Shown: piece by piece, positions 45,560-56,166 of the stretch
Numbering within the stretch: the stretch's first letter is position 1
How the letters are laid out: each line of letters opens with the position of its first letter
Assembly (NCBI GenBank): GCA_965197905.1
Contig: CBDAOB010000003.1
Span: forward strand, 384,001 to 448,000
Length of the DNA: 64,000 bases
Direction of reading: 5' to 3'
Origin: Candidatus Latescibacterota bacterium
GTDB lineage: Bacteria; Latescibacterota; UBA2968; UBA8231
Notes under the pieces: generated by a model
What the model saw: only the letters and a program-made list of their open reading frames with translations
What the model was told of the DNA's origin: nothing
Database searches by the model: none
Translations under genes and position numbers: made by a program

Positions 45560-47701
45560 ATGAACAGCTCGTTGGTCTTCCCTATTACACGTGCCTGGAA
45601 CGAGGTGTCATCGTCGTGTTCCGCACGCACCACTCGACTTCGCCCGCTGGTGTGGACGGTACTCTGTTGTCTTTGTATGCCGGTGCAGGCTCCAGGTGTC
45701 GCTTCCTTCGCAGAGGCAGCTGAAAAGCGTTTCGTGACCGCTCTGCGGGTGGAGGAACCAATTTTGGTCGATGGAGACCTGGCAGAGTCGTCGTGGCGCC
45801 TCTCCGAACGCGCCCGAGACTTCTATCGCGTTGAGCGAACTCGAGGCGTACTGGCGGAATTGCGAACAGAAGCAATGGTCCTCTACGACGATACTCATCT
45901 CTACGTTGGATTCAAATGCTTTGAGCCGGACATAAACTCCCTACGCGAAACACTGACGCGGCGCGATTCCAGGATCTGGCACGACGACGCAGTTGAGGTC
46001 GTACTCGACACCTACGACGACGATCGAAACGGCTACATATTTGGCGTCAACTCACTGGGTACGCAGATGGACGAGCATGTTAGCAACGAGTCTGTGTTCA
46101 CCATGACCTGGGATGCCCATTGGCAAGCGCAAGTGATGAAATATGAGGATTCGTGGAGTGTCGAATTCGCCATTCCACTTGCTGAACTGCGATTCGGAGA
46201 GAACACAACGTGGGGTATTAATTTCTGGCGGGCCCATCCAATCGACCGAGAAGCGTACTCCTGGTCGGATACGGGCGGTGATTTCGGCCGCGTATCCGAA
46301 TTCGGTGAGCTACGCGGACTCCAATTCGTCACATCGAGACAGAGAAGGTTCGGAATCCTACCCTATGCTACCTATCGCGCACTTGAGCAGCTGCCAGACG
46401 ACCGCGACTATGGGGTAGATTTTTCACTGCAGCCGCTGACCAGTCTGACGTCGAACATCACCATAAATCCAGATTTTTCGCAGTTGGAGAGTGACCCGAC
46501 GCAGATTGATGTATCCAGTGACAGAGAGCTGTCGCTTCCCGAGCGGCGGCCTTTCTTTCGCGAAGGCGCCGAGCTCTTCCGGCTTCCCCTCAACCTTTTC
46601 TACAGCCGCCGTGTACAGGAGATTGATTTCGGCCTGAAAACAACGGGAAGGATAGGGTCATACAATCTTGCACTGCTCAATACCTACGGTCGCATCGTAG
46701 ACCGCTACGACGATGACCGCAAACGGCGGGCAAACCTATTCAATCTGCGAGCCAACCGCGATATCGGGGATCGCGCCGTCGTCGGTTTCATGGGTGTTCA
46801 AAAGCATCAAGCGGATCGCGATGTCAGCTTGCTCTCAATAAACAGCAGACTGGCGTTGCGGAGGGACTGGTCCGTCCAACTGCAGTCGGTGGTGAATCAT
46901 GTAGAGGGTGAAGAAAACTGGGCTTACCATGCCTCAACCAGATGGACGCACGAACAGGGATGGTTCGGCGATCTTGCAGTTTCCGAGATTCAAAACGGAT
47001 TCCGCCCCAACGAAACCGGCTTGGAGGACGAAGCGTATCGAAAAGTAAACGGTCAATTTGGCTACAGGCACGAGTACCCTGAAGGCAGCAGGCTAAAATC
47101 ATATCGAGTCAGATACAGCATCTTCTATCAGACCAACGAAGAACAGAAGCTACGCGAACGACTCTCGACTTTGTGGGGAGGCGTCAATGTTGGCCGTTTC
47201 GGCTTCATCGCGGTGGGCCGCACCGGAAAACAACGCGATGAAGGCATCTTATTTGACCGGGAGGTGCTCAACCTTCAAGCCACGTACAGTTCCACCTGGA
47301 ACAATGTCCTATTGTTCAGCAGGTTCGCCAAACGTCAAAACCGAAGCATTCGGCAATTCCTCGTGCTTGCGAATGCGACCCTGCTTGAAAAGGTGACACT
47401 CGACTTCCGGGGCGACAGAACTCATTGGCGCGATCACCGGAAAACCTGGCTCGTGAGAATCAAGGGGAACTACCAGTTTGCTAGAAAGGTAGGCAGCCGA
47501 CTTTATATCGAACGCGTCGACGAGCAGTTGGAAGAGGAGATAAATTACAATTTCAACTGGGTCTTTGACTACGAATTTACGCCGGAAAGTCACTTTTATC
47601 TCGTCTTCGTGCGCGACCAGGAAAATCGTCGAGCTATGTTTACCAAGTTAGCCTACCTCTTCGACTCTAACGCCCTACGTTGGAGGCGTCATGAACAATG
47701 A
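45560..47701 (+). CDS. CBM9-like + DUF5916 outer-membrane protein
   Basis: ILVDGDLAESSW, LYDDTHLY, RRD, WSVEFAIP, INPDFSQLESD, PERRPFFREG, FYSRR; beta-rich C-terminus ending TKLAYLF. Start uncertain. Confidence 0.8.
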   Translation: MNSSLVFPITRAWNEVSSSCSARTTRLRPLVWTVLCCLCMPVQAPGVASFAEAAEKRFVTALRVEEPILVDGDLAESSWRLSERARDFYRVERTRGVLAELRTEAMVLYDDTHLYVGFKCFEPDINSLRETLTRRDSRIWHDDAVEVVLDTYDDDRNGYIFGVNSLGTQMDEHVSNESVFTMTWDAHWQAQVMKYEDSWSVEFAIPLAELRFGENTTWGINFWRAHPIDREAYSWSDTGGDFGRVSEFGELRGLQFVTSRQRRFGILPYATYRALEQLPDDRDYGVDFSLQPLTSLTSNITINPDFSQLESDPTQIDVSSDRELSLPERRPFFREGAELFRLPLNLFYSRRVQEIDFGLKTTGRIGSYNLALLNTYGRIVDRYDDDRKRRANLFNLRANRDIGDRAVVGFMGVQKHQADRDVSLLSINSRLALRRDWSVQLQSVVNHVEGEENWAYHASTRWTHEQGWFGDLAVSEIQNGFRPNETGLEDEAYRKVNGQFGYRHEYPEGSRLKSYRVRYSIFYQTNEEQKLRERLSTLWGGVNVGRFGFIAVGRTGKQRDEGILFDREVLNLQATYSSTWNNVLLFSRFAKRQNRSIRQFLVLANATLLEKVTLDFRGDRTHWRDHRKTWLVRIKGNYQFARKVGSRLYIERVDEQLEEEINYNFNWVFDYEFTPESHFYLVFVRDQENRRAMFTKLAYLFDSNALRWRRHEQ

Positions 47702-47772
47702 TCTGCATTTTCCGAGCTTCCTGTAGATCTGCGTCCACAGGAAGCTGCTGTCAGGTGGTAAAGCAACTGCTT

Positions 47773-48822
47773 TCATATGGTGTCATCATTCCCCAGCTCT
47801 CGACGCACTAGTCGTGTTCCCTCGACCAGGGCGACAAGCTTGGCATAGGCCACATCCCGGTCCAAATACTTCAGTCCGCAGTCGGGTGCCGGCAGCAGCC
47901 GCTCGGGTGAGGTGTGCTGGAGCGCCCCGCGTATGCGCTCGGCCACCACCTCAGGTGTCTCGATCTCGTTGGTCCCCAGGTCGATGACACCGTAGATGAA
48001 GGTCCTGTCGGGAAGGTCAGCGAGCAGGCTCGGATCGAGGCGTGGCTGGGCCCCCTCGATGGAGATCTGCTGCACGTCGGTGTCGCGCAAGGCGGAGAGC
48101 ATCGTATAGTGGGGCTTGCCGCCCTTGTCGTGCACGAAGTGGCCGTAACCGCAGCAGATGTGGATCGCCTTCGTGGCCTGGACGCCGTCGAGGGCCGCAT
48201 TGAAGGCGTCGATCCCGTACTCGAGCGCCTGCTCGGTCCGCGCTTCCATGTAGGGTTCGTCCAGCTGGATCACGTCGGCACCGGTCGCGGCCAGATCGTG
48301 CATCTCCTCGTTCACGGCACGCGCGAGATCCATCGCCAGCCGGCTAGGGTCCCCATAATGATCATCCTGCGCCTGTTGCGACATGGTGAAGGGACCGGGC
48401 AGCGTGATCTTGATCGGTCGATCGGTGTGGCGGCGCAGAAACTCGACGTCACCAACGGCAACCGGGCGGCGCCGGCCCACAGGACTAACAACCAGTGGCA
48501 CCGGAACCTCGCGTCCGGTCCGATCGATAGCCTTACCGGGTGGATCGATAGATACGCCGTCCAGCGTCGTAGCGAAGTAGTTGGAGTAACTCTCACGCCG
48601 CTGCTCGCCGTCGGTGATGATGTCGATGCCGGCCCGTTGCTGGTCATGAATGGCCAGGATCGTGGCATCATTTTGGGCTTCGGCCAGGAATTCCTCCGAA
48701 ATGCGCCACCAGTCCCAGTCACGCACGCGAGGCGGGAGATGATCGCGCAGATAGTCGCGCTTTACGAGCCACGCTGGCTGTGGGTAGCTCCCAACTACGG
48801 TGGTCAGCAATGCTCCTTCCAT
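47773..48822 (-). CDS. Cobalamin-independent methionine synthase catalytic-domain (MetE C-half-like) protein
   Basis: TTVVGSYP, TDGEQRR, LPGPFT, QLDEP, Zn ligands HIC and PDCG. Confidence 0.9.
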   Translation of the reverse strand: MEGALLTTVVGSYPQPAWLVKRDYLRDHLPPRVRDWDWWRISEEFLAEAQNDATILAIHDQQRAGIDIITDGEQRRESYSNYFATTLDGVSIDPPGKAIDRTGREVPVPLVVSPVGRRRPVAVGDVEFLRRHTDRPIKITLPGPFTMSQQAQDDHYGDPSRLAMDLARAVNEEMHDLAATGADVIQLDEPYMEARTEQALEYGIDAFNAALDGVQATKAIHICCGYGHFVHDKGGKPHYTMLSALRDTDVQQISIEGAQPRLDPSLLADLPDRTFIYGVIDLGTNEIETPEVVAERIRGALQHTSPERLLPAPDCGLKYLDRDVAYAKLVALVEGTRLVRRELGNDDTI

Positions 48823-49083
48823 CTGTACAGCCCTCCTGGTTTATAAGTATCCCTGTTGGTCGGCATTTACAACCTGACTGATTAGTGGCCTAATACTGCC
48901 TCTCAATGTTCCCTCAATACACGTATCCATGAGGGCGCAAAGCGACTAGTTAGAACATTGCGATAGACGTCTGCTGAGAGTAATTACATTGATCCCGAGC
49001 CATTCACTTCCGGGCTGTCATCGTCCCAGAGTTCCTGTCGCACATTGCGACGCAGCGCAACCTGTGCATCCGCGCCTCTCTTA

Positions 49084-49626
49084 TCAACGATTCAGGGATT
49101 TTTCGAGGAACGGTCGGTAATATTCGAGGTCCGGGACGTCCAAGTCAGGGAGTTTGCCAGCCTCGTCGTAGAGGCGGAGTTGGATGGCTCGTTTGAAGTA
49201 TGGGTTGGCTTCAAATTCGCGAACCTCCTCCTCGTTGAAGGGACCTCCCTGGACCTCGAGACTGATCATCGAGGCCGGTGAAACCGTTTTCAGATACTCT
49301 TCGTCCGTTGCCACGAGATACCGCTTGGCCGCGACATGTAGACGCATCGGTTCGATCACCTCAGTCCTGAAGTGATCGCGTAGCGCCTCGGCCCCCAGCT
49401 CTTCATGAATCGCATCAATACCCTTTTCGGCGATATCTTCGCCTAAGTCGTGTACGAAATGACCGTAATCATGTAAAAAGGCCGCGGCAATCATCAAATC
49501 GTCGGCCCCATCACGCTCGGCAAATACAGCCGTCTGTATGCTATGGGCCACAATGGTCACTCGCTCCCCATACTCCATATGGGTATTCCGCCGCATATTG
49601 GCAATAATCTCGTCAATGATAGACAT
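49084..49626 (-). CDS. tmpB: PhnZ/TmpB-like HD-domain oxygenase
   Basis: YGE.V...HS.Q, LHDYGH, HE..GA, HVAAKRYL, SPAS..SL.VQGG, LRLYDEAGK. Confidence 0.75.
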   Translation of the reverse strand: MSIIDEIIANMRRNTHMEYGERVTIVAHSIQTAVFAERDGADDLMIAAAFLHDYGHFVHDLGEDIAEKGIDAIHEELGAEALRDHFRTEVIEPMRLHVAAKRYLVATDEEYLKTVSPASMISLEVQGGPFNEEEVREFEANPYFKRAIQLRLYDEAGKLPDLDVPDLEYYRPFLEKSLNR

Positions 49627-49636
49627 CCGTGTCTCC

Positions 49637-50749
49637 CTACTCTCTTTCCAACACCGCTAACTTGCTTAGTAAGCTATCAATATCGGCATAGCAACCCTGT
49701 AAGTGGCGGTCACCTGTACTCTGATAGCTAATACGCCCATGCAGGATTCGCTGATTGTCGCAAAGCACCGCATCGCCAGGACCCATTTTGAACGTGATCT
49801 TGAAGCGCTCTTCTTCCAACATGCGGGCGAACGCGTGATAAGCGGCATAAAACATCGGCATCGTCTCCGTTTCGACGTAAAACGTCTGTATTGAGCGATT
49901 GTTAAAAAGAATGCCAACAACCTCGCCGCGAGGATTGGTCTGGATAATTGTTGCCTCATGGCTTAGATCGGCGTCCTCACTACTAAAGCGGAACGTAACT
50001 AACGTTGAGGTCAACAGGTCAAACTGGTCCGGTGCCTCCTGACGAAACACTTCTGCTACGCGAAAGCCATCTGCCAGGGTACTGTCGCCTCCAGTAACGT
50101 AATTACTTAACACATGCAACATCTGCAGCGTCGGCACTGGATGCCGATAGGGGTTATCGGTATGGCCAACGAGCGTTGCACTTGTGAAGGCGAGATTGCT
50201 TGGGTTGGCCACCACCTTTAGGTCGAAGTAGGGACCATAATTTGTATTGCGCACGTAACCAAACAGGTCGATCACCTTGAGCAGTGACTCAGATTCAACG
50301 GGAATTTCAGCTATCAAGGCAAACCCGTAATTGCGTACCTGGGCCAGCATCTCTCGTAGATAGGTATCCTCCTTCGTTAGTCGTGGAAGTGTAAAGGAGG
50401 TAGGCAGCTTGGGAAACGTTGCCGCCTCCCACAACCGCTTGTGACGACGACGGGCCTCTATCTCAGCCCGTTCATAAGCATTGGACCGCAGCCACTCGGG
50501 CATGAACTCCGTTACGTGGCCATCGTTAGCCCACTCTATTTTGACTGTATCGCCTACAGTGACACTTCTAGCTCCTAGATCTAGCGGAATCGATAGAATA
50601 TCCACGAGTTTCTGCCCGTTGACATGCCGGTTCTCGGGCGCATTATCTCTGAGCCAGATATAATGGAAAACGCTGCGATGGCCGTCTCCCCATTCGATAA
50701 CAAGCTGATTCTGCTCCACTCTATGATTAACAATGACGCTATTAATCAC
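49637..50749 (-). CDS. tmpA: gamma-butyrobetaine dioxygenase-like Fe/2OG enzyme, probable TmpA
   Basis: FHYIWLRDN, TNYG, NLAFT, HTDNPYR, DNQRILHGR, RHLQGCYAD; directly upstream of a PhnZ-like gene. Confidence 0.75.
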   Translation of the reverse strand: MINSVIVNHRVEQNQLVIEWGDGHRSVFHYIWLRDNAPENRHVNGQKLVDILSIPLDLGARSVTVGDTVKIEWANDGHVTEFMPEWLRSNAYERAEIEARRRHKRLWEAATFPKLPTSFTLPRLTKEDTYLREMLAQVRNYGFALIAEIPVESESLLKVIDLFGYVRNTNYGPYFDLKVVANPSNLAFTSATLVGHTDNPYRHPVPTLQMLHVLSNYVTGGDSTLADGFRVAEVFRQEAPDQFDLLTSTLVTFRFSSEDADLSHEATIIQTNPRGEVVGILFNNRSIQTFYVETETMPMFYAAYHAFARMLEEERFKITFKMGPGDAVLCDNQRILHGRISYQSTGDRHLQGCYADIDSLLSKLAVLERE

Positions 50750-50785
50750 CGCTAGCTCCTCAAAGATAAATTGGGCTACGCAAAA

Positions 50786-51365
50786 TCATTCAAGTATTTC
50801 CTCGTGCTCCTCGTTGCACCGCAGGTCCTCCTTCAAGGGCGGCGGCCATCTCGATCGCCCGGCGGGCCTGCAGTTCCTCCCAGATGGTCGTCCATCGGTC
50901 GTTCGGCGCGCGACGCAACTGTAGTGAGTTTCAGATGGGGGGGTGGACAGATCGAAGCGAACTCCATTGAAGTCCACCTTGTAGAGGGTCAACGGCGTAA
51001 AATGCGCAATCAGCCCGTCTCCCACGATGAGATGGTAACCCCAGTTACCGTAGCCGCCGCTGGTGGCCACCATGTAGTCGAAGGCGCTGTTCCAGGAGCC
51101 AGGCACGTGTTTGAATATGTCACTGCCGAACCGGCCCCGTCATAAGGAAGCTGCCGAAGGAGTCGTAGTGCGCCCTCGGTGTATCGATGTAGGGAGATTC
51201 ATGGTTGGGATAGTTTTCGTAACTCTGCCAGCCGAAGTTGTGGTAGGGGACGCGATTCCAACGCAGGAATGGCCGTGCCGACACCACTTCACCCAGAGGC
51301 AGATCGTCGCCGTGGACCGCGAAACCGCACAGGGCTAATAGGGGAAATAGACGCCAGCGCATCAT
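50786..51365 (-). pseudogene. Fragmented N-terminus of a secreted hypothetical protein
   Basis: Signal-peptide-like start at 51365; broken into two short ORFs (51120..51365, 50786..51106) that end abruptly. Confidence 0.35.
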
Positions 51366-51902
51366 CGCCCACAGTCCTTTCGGGAATGGAAGAGCTGTTG
51401 AAGCTGATGGACTTGGATATTGCTGTGGGTGCTCCTAAAACGGATGTATGCTGGTTGAACTGAGGCTATTCAGAACCGATGTCCTCTATGGTAATCTCTC
51501 CTTCATAACCATTTGCAACCAGTCTGTTTGCCAGTACTCCGTACCGCATCTTCGAACCTTCTCGACAGCGACAATGTAGTTTTCCCAAGTAGGAAAATCA
51601 ACCGCTCACGGCGCGCAACAAAGGATTCACCCGAAAAGACTCGGCATAATATTCCTCGGCGCGATCTTGTTGTGGACATAGTGGATCACCAACCCGCACC
51701 CGGCAAATCCGCTGCCGGAATCGCGCCAAGGAATCATTTGAATCCACCAGCGGCCGGCAGCAATCTAAGTTGCTGAGGCGTGGCCGGTAGAATATCCTCT
51801 GTGCCGCAGCAAAACTCCGGAAACTCTTGCGAGTTGGATGTCCATTTCATTACTGCAACTGCGGTCCCAAGCGATCCGACAGAGTTCGATGGAAGAATGT
51901 AG

Positions 51903-52763
51903 ATGAGCACCACAAGAAGGATTGTTCTGGCCCTAACCGCTTGGTCCCTCGCCGCGATAGGCCCCGCCACCGCAAAAGTTCCCTTAAAAGGGGACCCCGC
52001 GCCCGACTTTCGGCTGCGAGTCTTTGGAGGGGGGGAGCTGTCTCTCAGCGATCTCCGTGGCAAGGTGGTGCTGATCGACTTCTTTGGCTACGGGTGAGAT
52101 TTCTGTATCTCGGAGGCTCCGAGAATCGAAAAGATCTGGCAGGAATTCAAGAGTTCCGACTTCCAAACCATCGGAGTTGATGTCTGGGACGGCTCAACGA
52201 AACAGGTTCAGCGCACTTTTCTCGGGAGAACCTCCGTCACCTTTCCGCTATTGATGAAGGCAAGTTCCTTGAAGGGGTTGTACGGACTCCAACAAACAAG
52301 CTTCGTCGTCGTGGATCACGAGGGCATCGTCCGCTACAGCTCCGGCAGCATTGTCTTCCTCGACCGGGCGGATATCCTGGCCATCCGCTCTGCCATCGTC
52401 CAGGCCCTGGCAGACTTGGCAGCGGCCCGCGCCACGGACCAAGGTTCCATAACTGCCGTCTCGGCGGATGATCGGTTGCCGACTCAGTTCTCGCTAGAGG
52501 CGAACTTTCCGAATCCGTTCAATGCCAGCACCAACCTTCCGTTCTCGGTGCGGATTGAAGGACCTGTGTCACTGGAAATATTCGATGTTACCGGCCGCAC
52601 GGTGCGACGACTTTTGGAGCACCAATGGTTGGCCCCGGGAACATACGATCTGACTTGGGACGGAAGGAGCGAACGGGGTGACGATGTGGCTAGCGGTCTC
52701 TACATCTATCGTCTCGCCACTCCCGCAGCGTCGTTAGCCCGACCGATGATGCTGGTGCGATAA
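51903..52763 (+). CDS. Secreted TlpA/redoxin-family selenoprotein candidate (UxxC) with a C-terminal FlgD-Ig-like domain
   Basis: GDPAPDF...LSDLRGKVVLIDFFGYG-UGA-DFC; open in the same frame through 52763; C-terminal NFPNPFNAST...WDGR...VASGLYIYRL. Confidence 0.85.
52108..52124 (+). promoter_or_regulatory. SECIS-like hairpin
   Basis: TCTCGGA-GGC-TCCGAGA begins 10 nt after the UGA (52095-52097). Confidence 0.65.
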
Positions 52764-53120
52764 TCCCGCAGCGTCGAGCCCAATGAGCCTGAGCCCAGGG
52801 GCCGCGCCCAACTGCGGCTGAATGACCTTTGTGTGGTACTCAGCTCGGAACACCCTTTTCTCATAGGGTAGCTCCTTCAACCTCTGCGCTGTGAACCCTG
52901 TTCGTTTCAGGATCACACCTCCTCGTGGCGATTTCCTATTGAGCCTCGCACGATCGCGGACTTTCGCGAAGGGACTTTCACCCCATCAGAGACGCAGCCT
53001 TGTCGGCTGCTCCCCCCACTGATTACTTTCAGATGAGGCCCTGATGTTCGCCCGCCAATTGGGGGCCTTTGCCGGCGGGGGGGGCCGATGCGAATGACCC
53101 CAGTCTACAGGAACGAGAGC

Positions 53121-53999
53121 ATGGCAGTTCAAGTCACTGAAGTGCAAGTAAAAAGCGTGCTTACTCGGACCTCCGGGTTTCTCAGAACTGTTTCTTCCCA
53201 TTCTCTGCAGCCCTATCGCGGATGCACCTTCAGAAAGGCCCTTTGCGGCGTCGGCTGCTACGTGCAGCACAACGCAATTCTCACTCGACATCAACCCTGG
53301 GGCAGTTTTCTCGAGGTGCGTACAAACGCTGCGGAAGTCTATAGGAGACAGTTCTCTGGAGAGCGCAAATGGGCGCGAAATCGTCGGGGAGAGTTCTGTG
53401 TTTTTATGTCCAGTTCTACAGATCCGTTCCTGCCCCAGGAGGACAGATACAGGATAACCCTGCAGATCCTAGAGGCCATGGTGGAGTTCCCGCCGGACAC
53501 TCTGATCATTCAATCCCATACCCACCGTGTCACCAGGTACCTGGACGAATATTTGTCGTTGAACAGGCGCGCAGCCCTGCGTATTCACATCTCCATAGAA
53601 AGTGACCTGTCGCGGTTGCCGGGTTTGCCTCCGCCAGCAAGTTCGATAGACAGTCGATTGCAGGCGGCCGCCGAGTTGAAGAGCGCCGGGTTGCGTGTCG
53701 TAGTTACGGTGGCACCACTGCTGCCAATTCAAGATCCGGAGCGATTTTTTGAGCGCATTTCGCACGTGGCCGATGCCGTTGTTTTGGATCATTTCATAGA
53801 AGGTGATGGCAGTTCGAACGGAAGCCGGACCTCGAAAACGGCTTTGCCTGGCGCCATGTCGACCCTTGATCCCCACTCCACTTCTCTGGACTACCGAGAT
53901 CGAATGTTGGCCATCGCCCAGGGAATCATGCCTGGCAGGGTTGGACTGAGTGTGGATGGATTCGCTGGAAGATTTTTCGAAGATTGCGCCTGCCGATAA
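53121..53999 (+). CDS. Radical SAM protein, SplB/Rv2578c-like
   Basis: LQPYRGC...C...CYV, FMSSSTDP, VAPLLP. Confidence 0.8.
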   Translation: MAVQVTEVQVKSVLTRTSGFLRTVSSHSLQPYRGCTFRKALCGVGCYVQHNAILTRHQPWGSFLEVRTNAAEVYRRQFSGERKWARNRRGEFCVFMSSSTDPFLPQEDRYRITLQILEAMVEFPPDTLIIQSHTHRVTRYLDEYLSLNRRAALRIHISIESDLSRLPGLPPPASSIDSRLQAAAELKSAGLRVVVTVAPLLPIQDPERFFERISHVADAVVLDHFIEGDGSSNGSRTSKTALPGAMSTLDPHSTSLDYRDRMLAIAQGIMPGRVGLSVDGFAGRFFEDCACR

Positions 54000-54046
54000 T
54001 CGGCTCACCTCTTTTGGGGACGTTATCCCGGACATATATCGAACAG

Positions 54047-54787
54047 CTATGTCCGCATGCTGGGCTGCGAGTCGAAACCCAGCAGCCGCTTCAAAGTCGG
54101 CGTCGCTCGTCTGACGACCTCCGGCTGCGCCAGTCTGAACTGGTCTTGCTGCGGCCTAATAAACGAGCGGCAGAAAAACCCCAGCAGGATCATCCGCTCC
54201 CGCTTGGTGCGATTGGCACCGCTGCCGTGCCAGGTCGCCCCGTGGAAAACGACTATATCGCCCTTGTGGGCGCTGAGCTGGATCGCGTCGTCGTACTCCT
54301 TCTCCGGCTCGGGGCTGCACCCGTGCCTGTAGCTGCCCGGCACCATCCAGGTTGCCCCATTCTCCGGTGTAAAGTCATCGAGCACGTAGATCGTATTTGA
54401 CGTAAAAGGCGCAGAGGGAATGTCGGGCAGTGGAGCATCACAATGCAACCGGCCGGCCGGCGACGCAGACCCGATGAGATTGACAGTAAAGCTACTCAAT
54501 ATGCAATTGTCCCCCAGCAAGTGTTGCTGCAACTCCAGCACCTGCGGATGCTGGATCATCTCCTCGTAGATCCGTCCCTTGTTGACCAGATTCCAGACCC
54601 GCTGCGACTTGCCGTCCAAATAGATCTCCCTACCCCTTCCTTCCTCTGCGCGCCCGGACGCCCTTTCTTCCGCGATCAGCTCGGCCGAGCGAGCTCGCAG
54701 CTCGTTGGCCTGGTCAGAGGTCAACGCCCCCTCGAGCACGACATAACCGTCCTCGTCGAGATGGGCGATTGCTTCATCTCTGTTCAT
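54047..54787 (-). CDS. PhyH-family dioxygenase
   Basis: LHCD, LDDFTPENGAT..VPGS, WHGSGAN. Confidence 0.85.
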   Translation of the reverse strand: MNRDEAIAHLDEDGYVVLEGALTSDQANELRARSAELIAEERASGRAEEGRGREIYLDGKSQRVWNLVNKGRIYEEMIQHPQVLELQQHLLGDNCILSSFTVNLIGSASPAGRLHCDAPLPDIPSAPFTSNTIYVLDDFTPENGATWMVPGSYRHGCSPEPEKEYDDAIQLSAHKGDIVVFHGATWHGSGANRTKRERMILLGFFCRSFIRPQQDQFRLAQPEVVRRATPTLKRLLGFDSQPSMRT

Positions 54788-55017
54788 GGAGACATTCTCC
54801 TTTCGTCCAACTCGATCAATCCGGCCGGACGACCATTGAGGCTCCTAACGGTCCTCCTTACAGCCCGAACAATCGAGCGACATTTCCCCCGCACATGAGC
54901 GTGTGAGTCGATAATCATTCGGCATCTAATCTGTGCTAAGAGAAGCGGATCGATTGGTCTCATCGAGACTCTCCAGCCTCTGAGCAGTGTGGCCGCGCAC
55001 CCGACTTGGTTAAATCG

Positions 55018-56091
55018 CTACCCAAGGCGCGGCAGTACTTCTTCCTTCAGGAGTTTCATGGAGTGGTGCCATGGTTCCTGCGGTTCCCACTCGTGTCCCA
55101 TCGCCAAAAGGACTCCAAAGCCACCCACATCTTCATAGAGCTGCTGTAACTTTGTGGTGGCATCGTCCGGACTGCCGACGATCCAGACGTTGTCGAGCAG
55201 ATATTCGACAGTTACGTCGGAATCCGACATGTCGGGATCCGTTTTCATCATGTCGAGCATCTTCATCTTGGGCAAGAGATGCAAGAAGTAATCTCGGTAA
55301 TCTCTAGCCAGTGTTCCCTCTAACGCGAGCTTCCTCGCCTCTTCGGTCGTGTCGGCGACAAGCACCTCGCGGGCGATGCGCCATTGCGAGCGGTCGGCGA
55401 CCTTGCCGGCTTCGGTAGCTCCCTCTTCAACAGCCGCCCAGTGAGATTGGAGAACCCGTGTCGGCACAAGATTGATGCTCATCGGAAGCCAACCGCGCTT
55501 GCCAGCCGTCACCAGCGTGCCGGATTTGACGGTTACGCCGGCCACGCCAATCGGCGGGTGCGGCTTCTGGTAGGGCTCTAGCTGAAAGCGCAGACCGATT
55601 CCGTCGTCCTCTTCCGGTACGGTAAACCGCCAGTACTTGTGCTCATACAAACCTGGACGGGGATCCTTCCACAGCTGGAGCACGAGCTCGATGGCATCGC
55701 TGGTCATGCTTCGCTGCTCGCCCGTTTTCGGGTCGAACCCGAAAACCTCGAAGTCTCCCGGGAAGCCGCCAGATCCCACTCCCCAGTAGAATCGCCCGTG
55801 GCACATGTGGTCCAATTGAGCGATACGACTGGCAATGACGAACGGATTGTGGTTGGGCATGCAGGTTACGCCGGTGCCCAGGACGATGTCTTGTGTCTGG
55901 TGAATGGCGCTGGCGATCAATAGGTCAGGAGCGGGGATGTTCTCCCAAACGCTGGTGAAATGCTCTCCGATCCACGCCTCTCGAAATCCGAGCCCGTCCA
56001 GAGTGACGATCTGTTCGAGATCGTTGTCCAATCCCTGCGTGTAATCAGCGCCGGGCGGATGCAATGGCATGGTAAAGAATCCGAGTTGCAT
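55018..56091 (-). CDS. LLM-class (luciferase-like) flavin-dependent oxidoreductase
   Basis: GFREAWIGEH, LGTGV, LDHMCHGR, PYQKPHPP, VGSPDD. Confidence 0.9.
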   Translation of the reverse strand: MQLGFFTMPLHPPGADYTQGLDNDLEQIVTLDGLGFREAWIGEHFTSVWENIPAPDLLIASAIHQTQDIVLGTGVTCMPNHNPFVIASRIAQLDHMCHGRFYWGVGSGGFPGDFEVFGFDPKTGEQRSMTSDAIELVLQLWKDPRPGLYEHKYWRFTVPEEDDGIGLRFQLEPYQKPHPPIGVAGVTVKSGTLVTAGKRGWLPMSINLVPTRVLQSHWAAVEEGATEAGKVADRSQWRIAREVLVADTTEEARKLALEGTLARDYRDYFLHLLPKMKMLDMMKTDPDMSDSDVTVEYLLDNVWIVGSPDDATTKLQQLYEDVGGFGVLLAMGHEWEPQEPWHHSMKLLKEEVLPRLG

Positions 56092-56166
56092 AAGATCTCC
56101 TACCTTATGAAGGGTGCCGTCGGCGTATTACGCCGGCGTCCATTCCGATCGACGTGCTCGTCTCGT

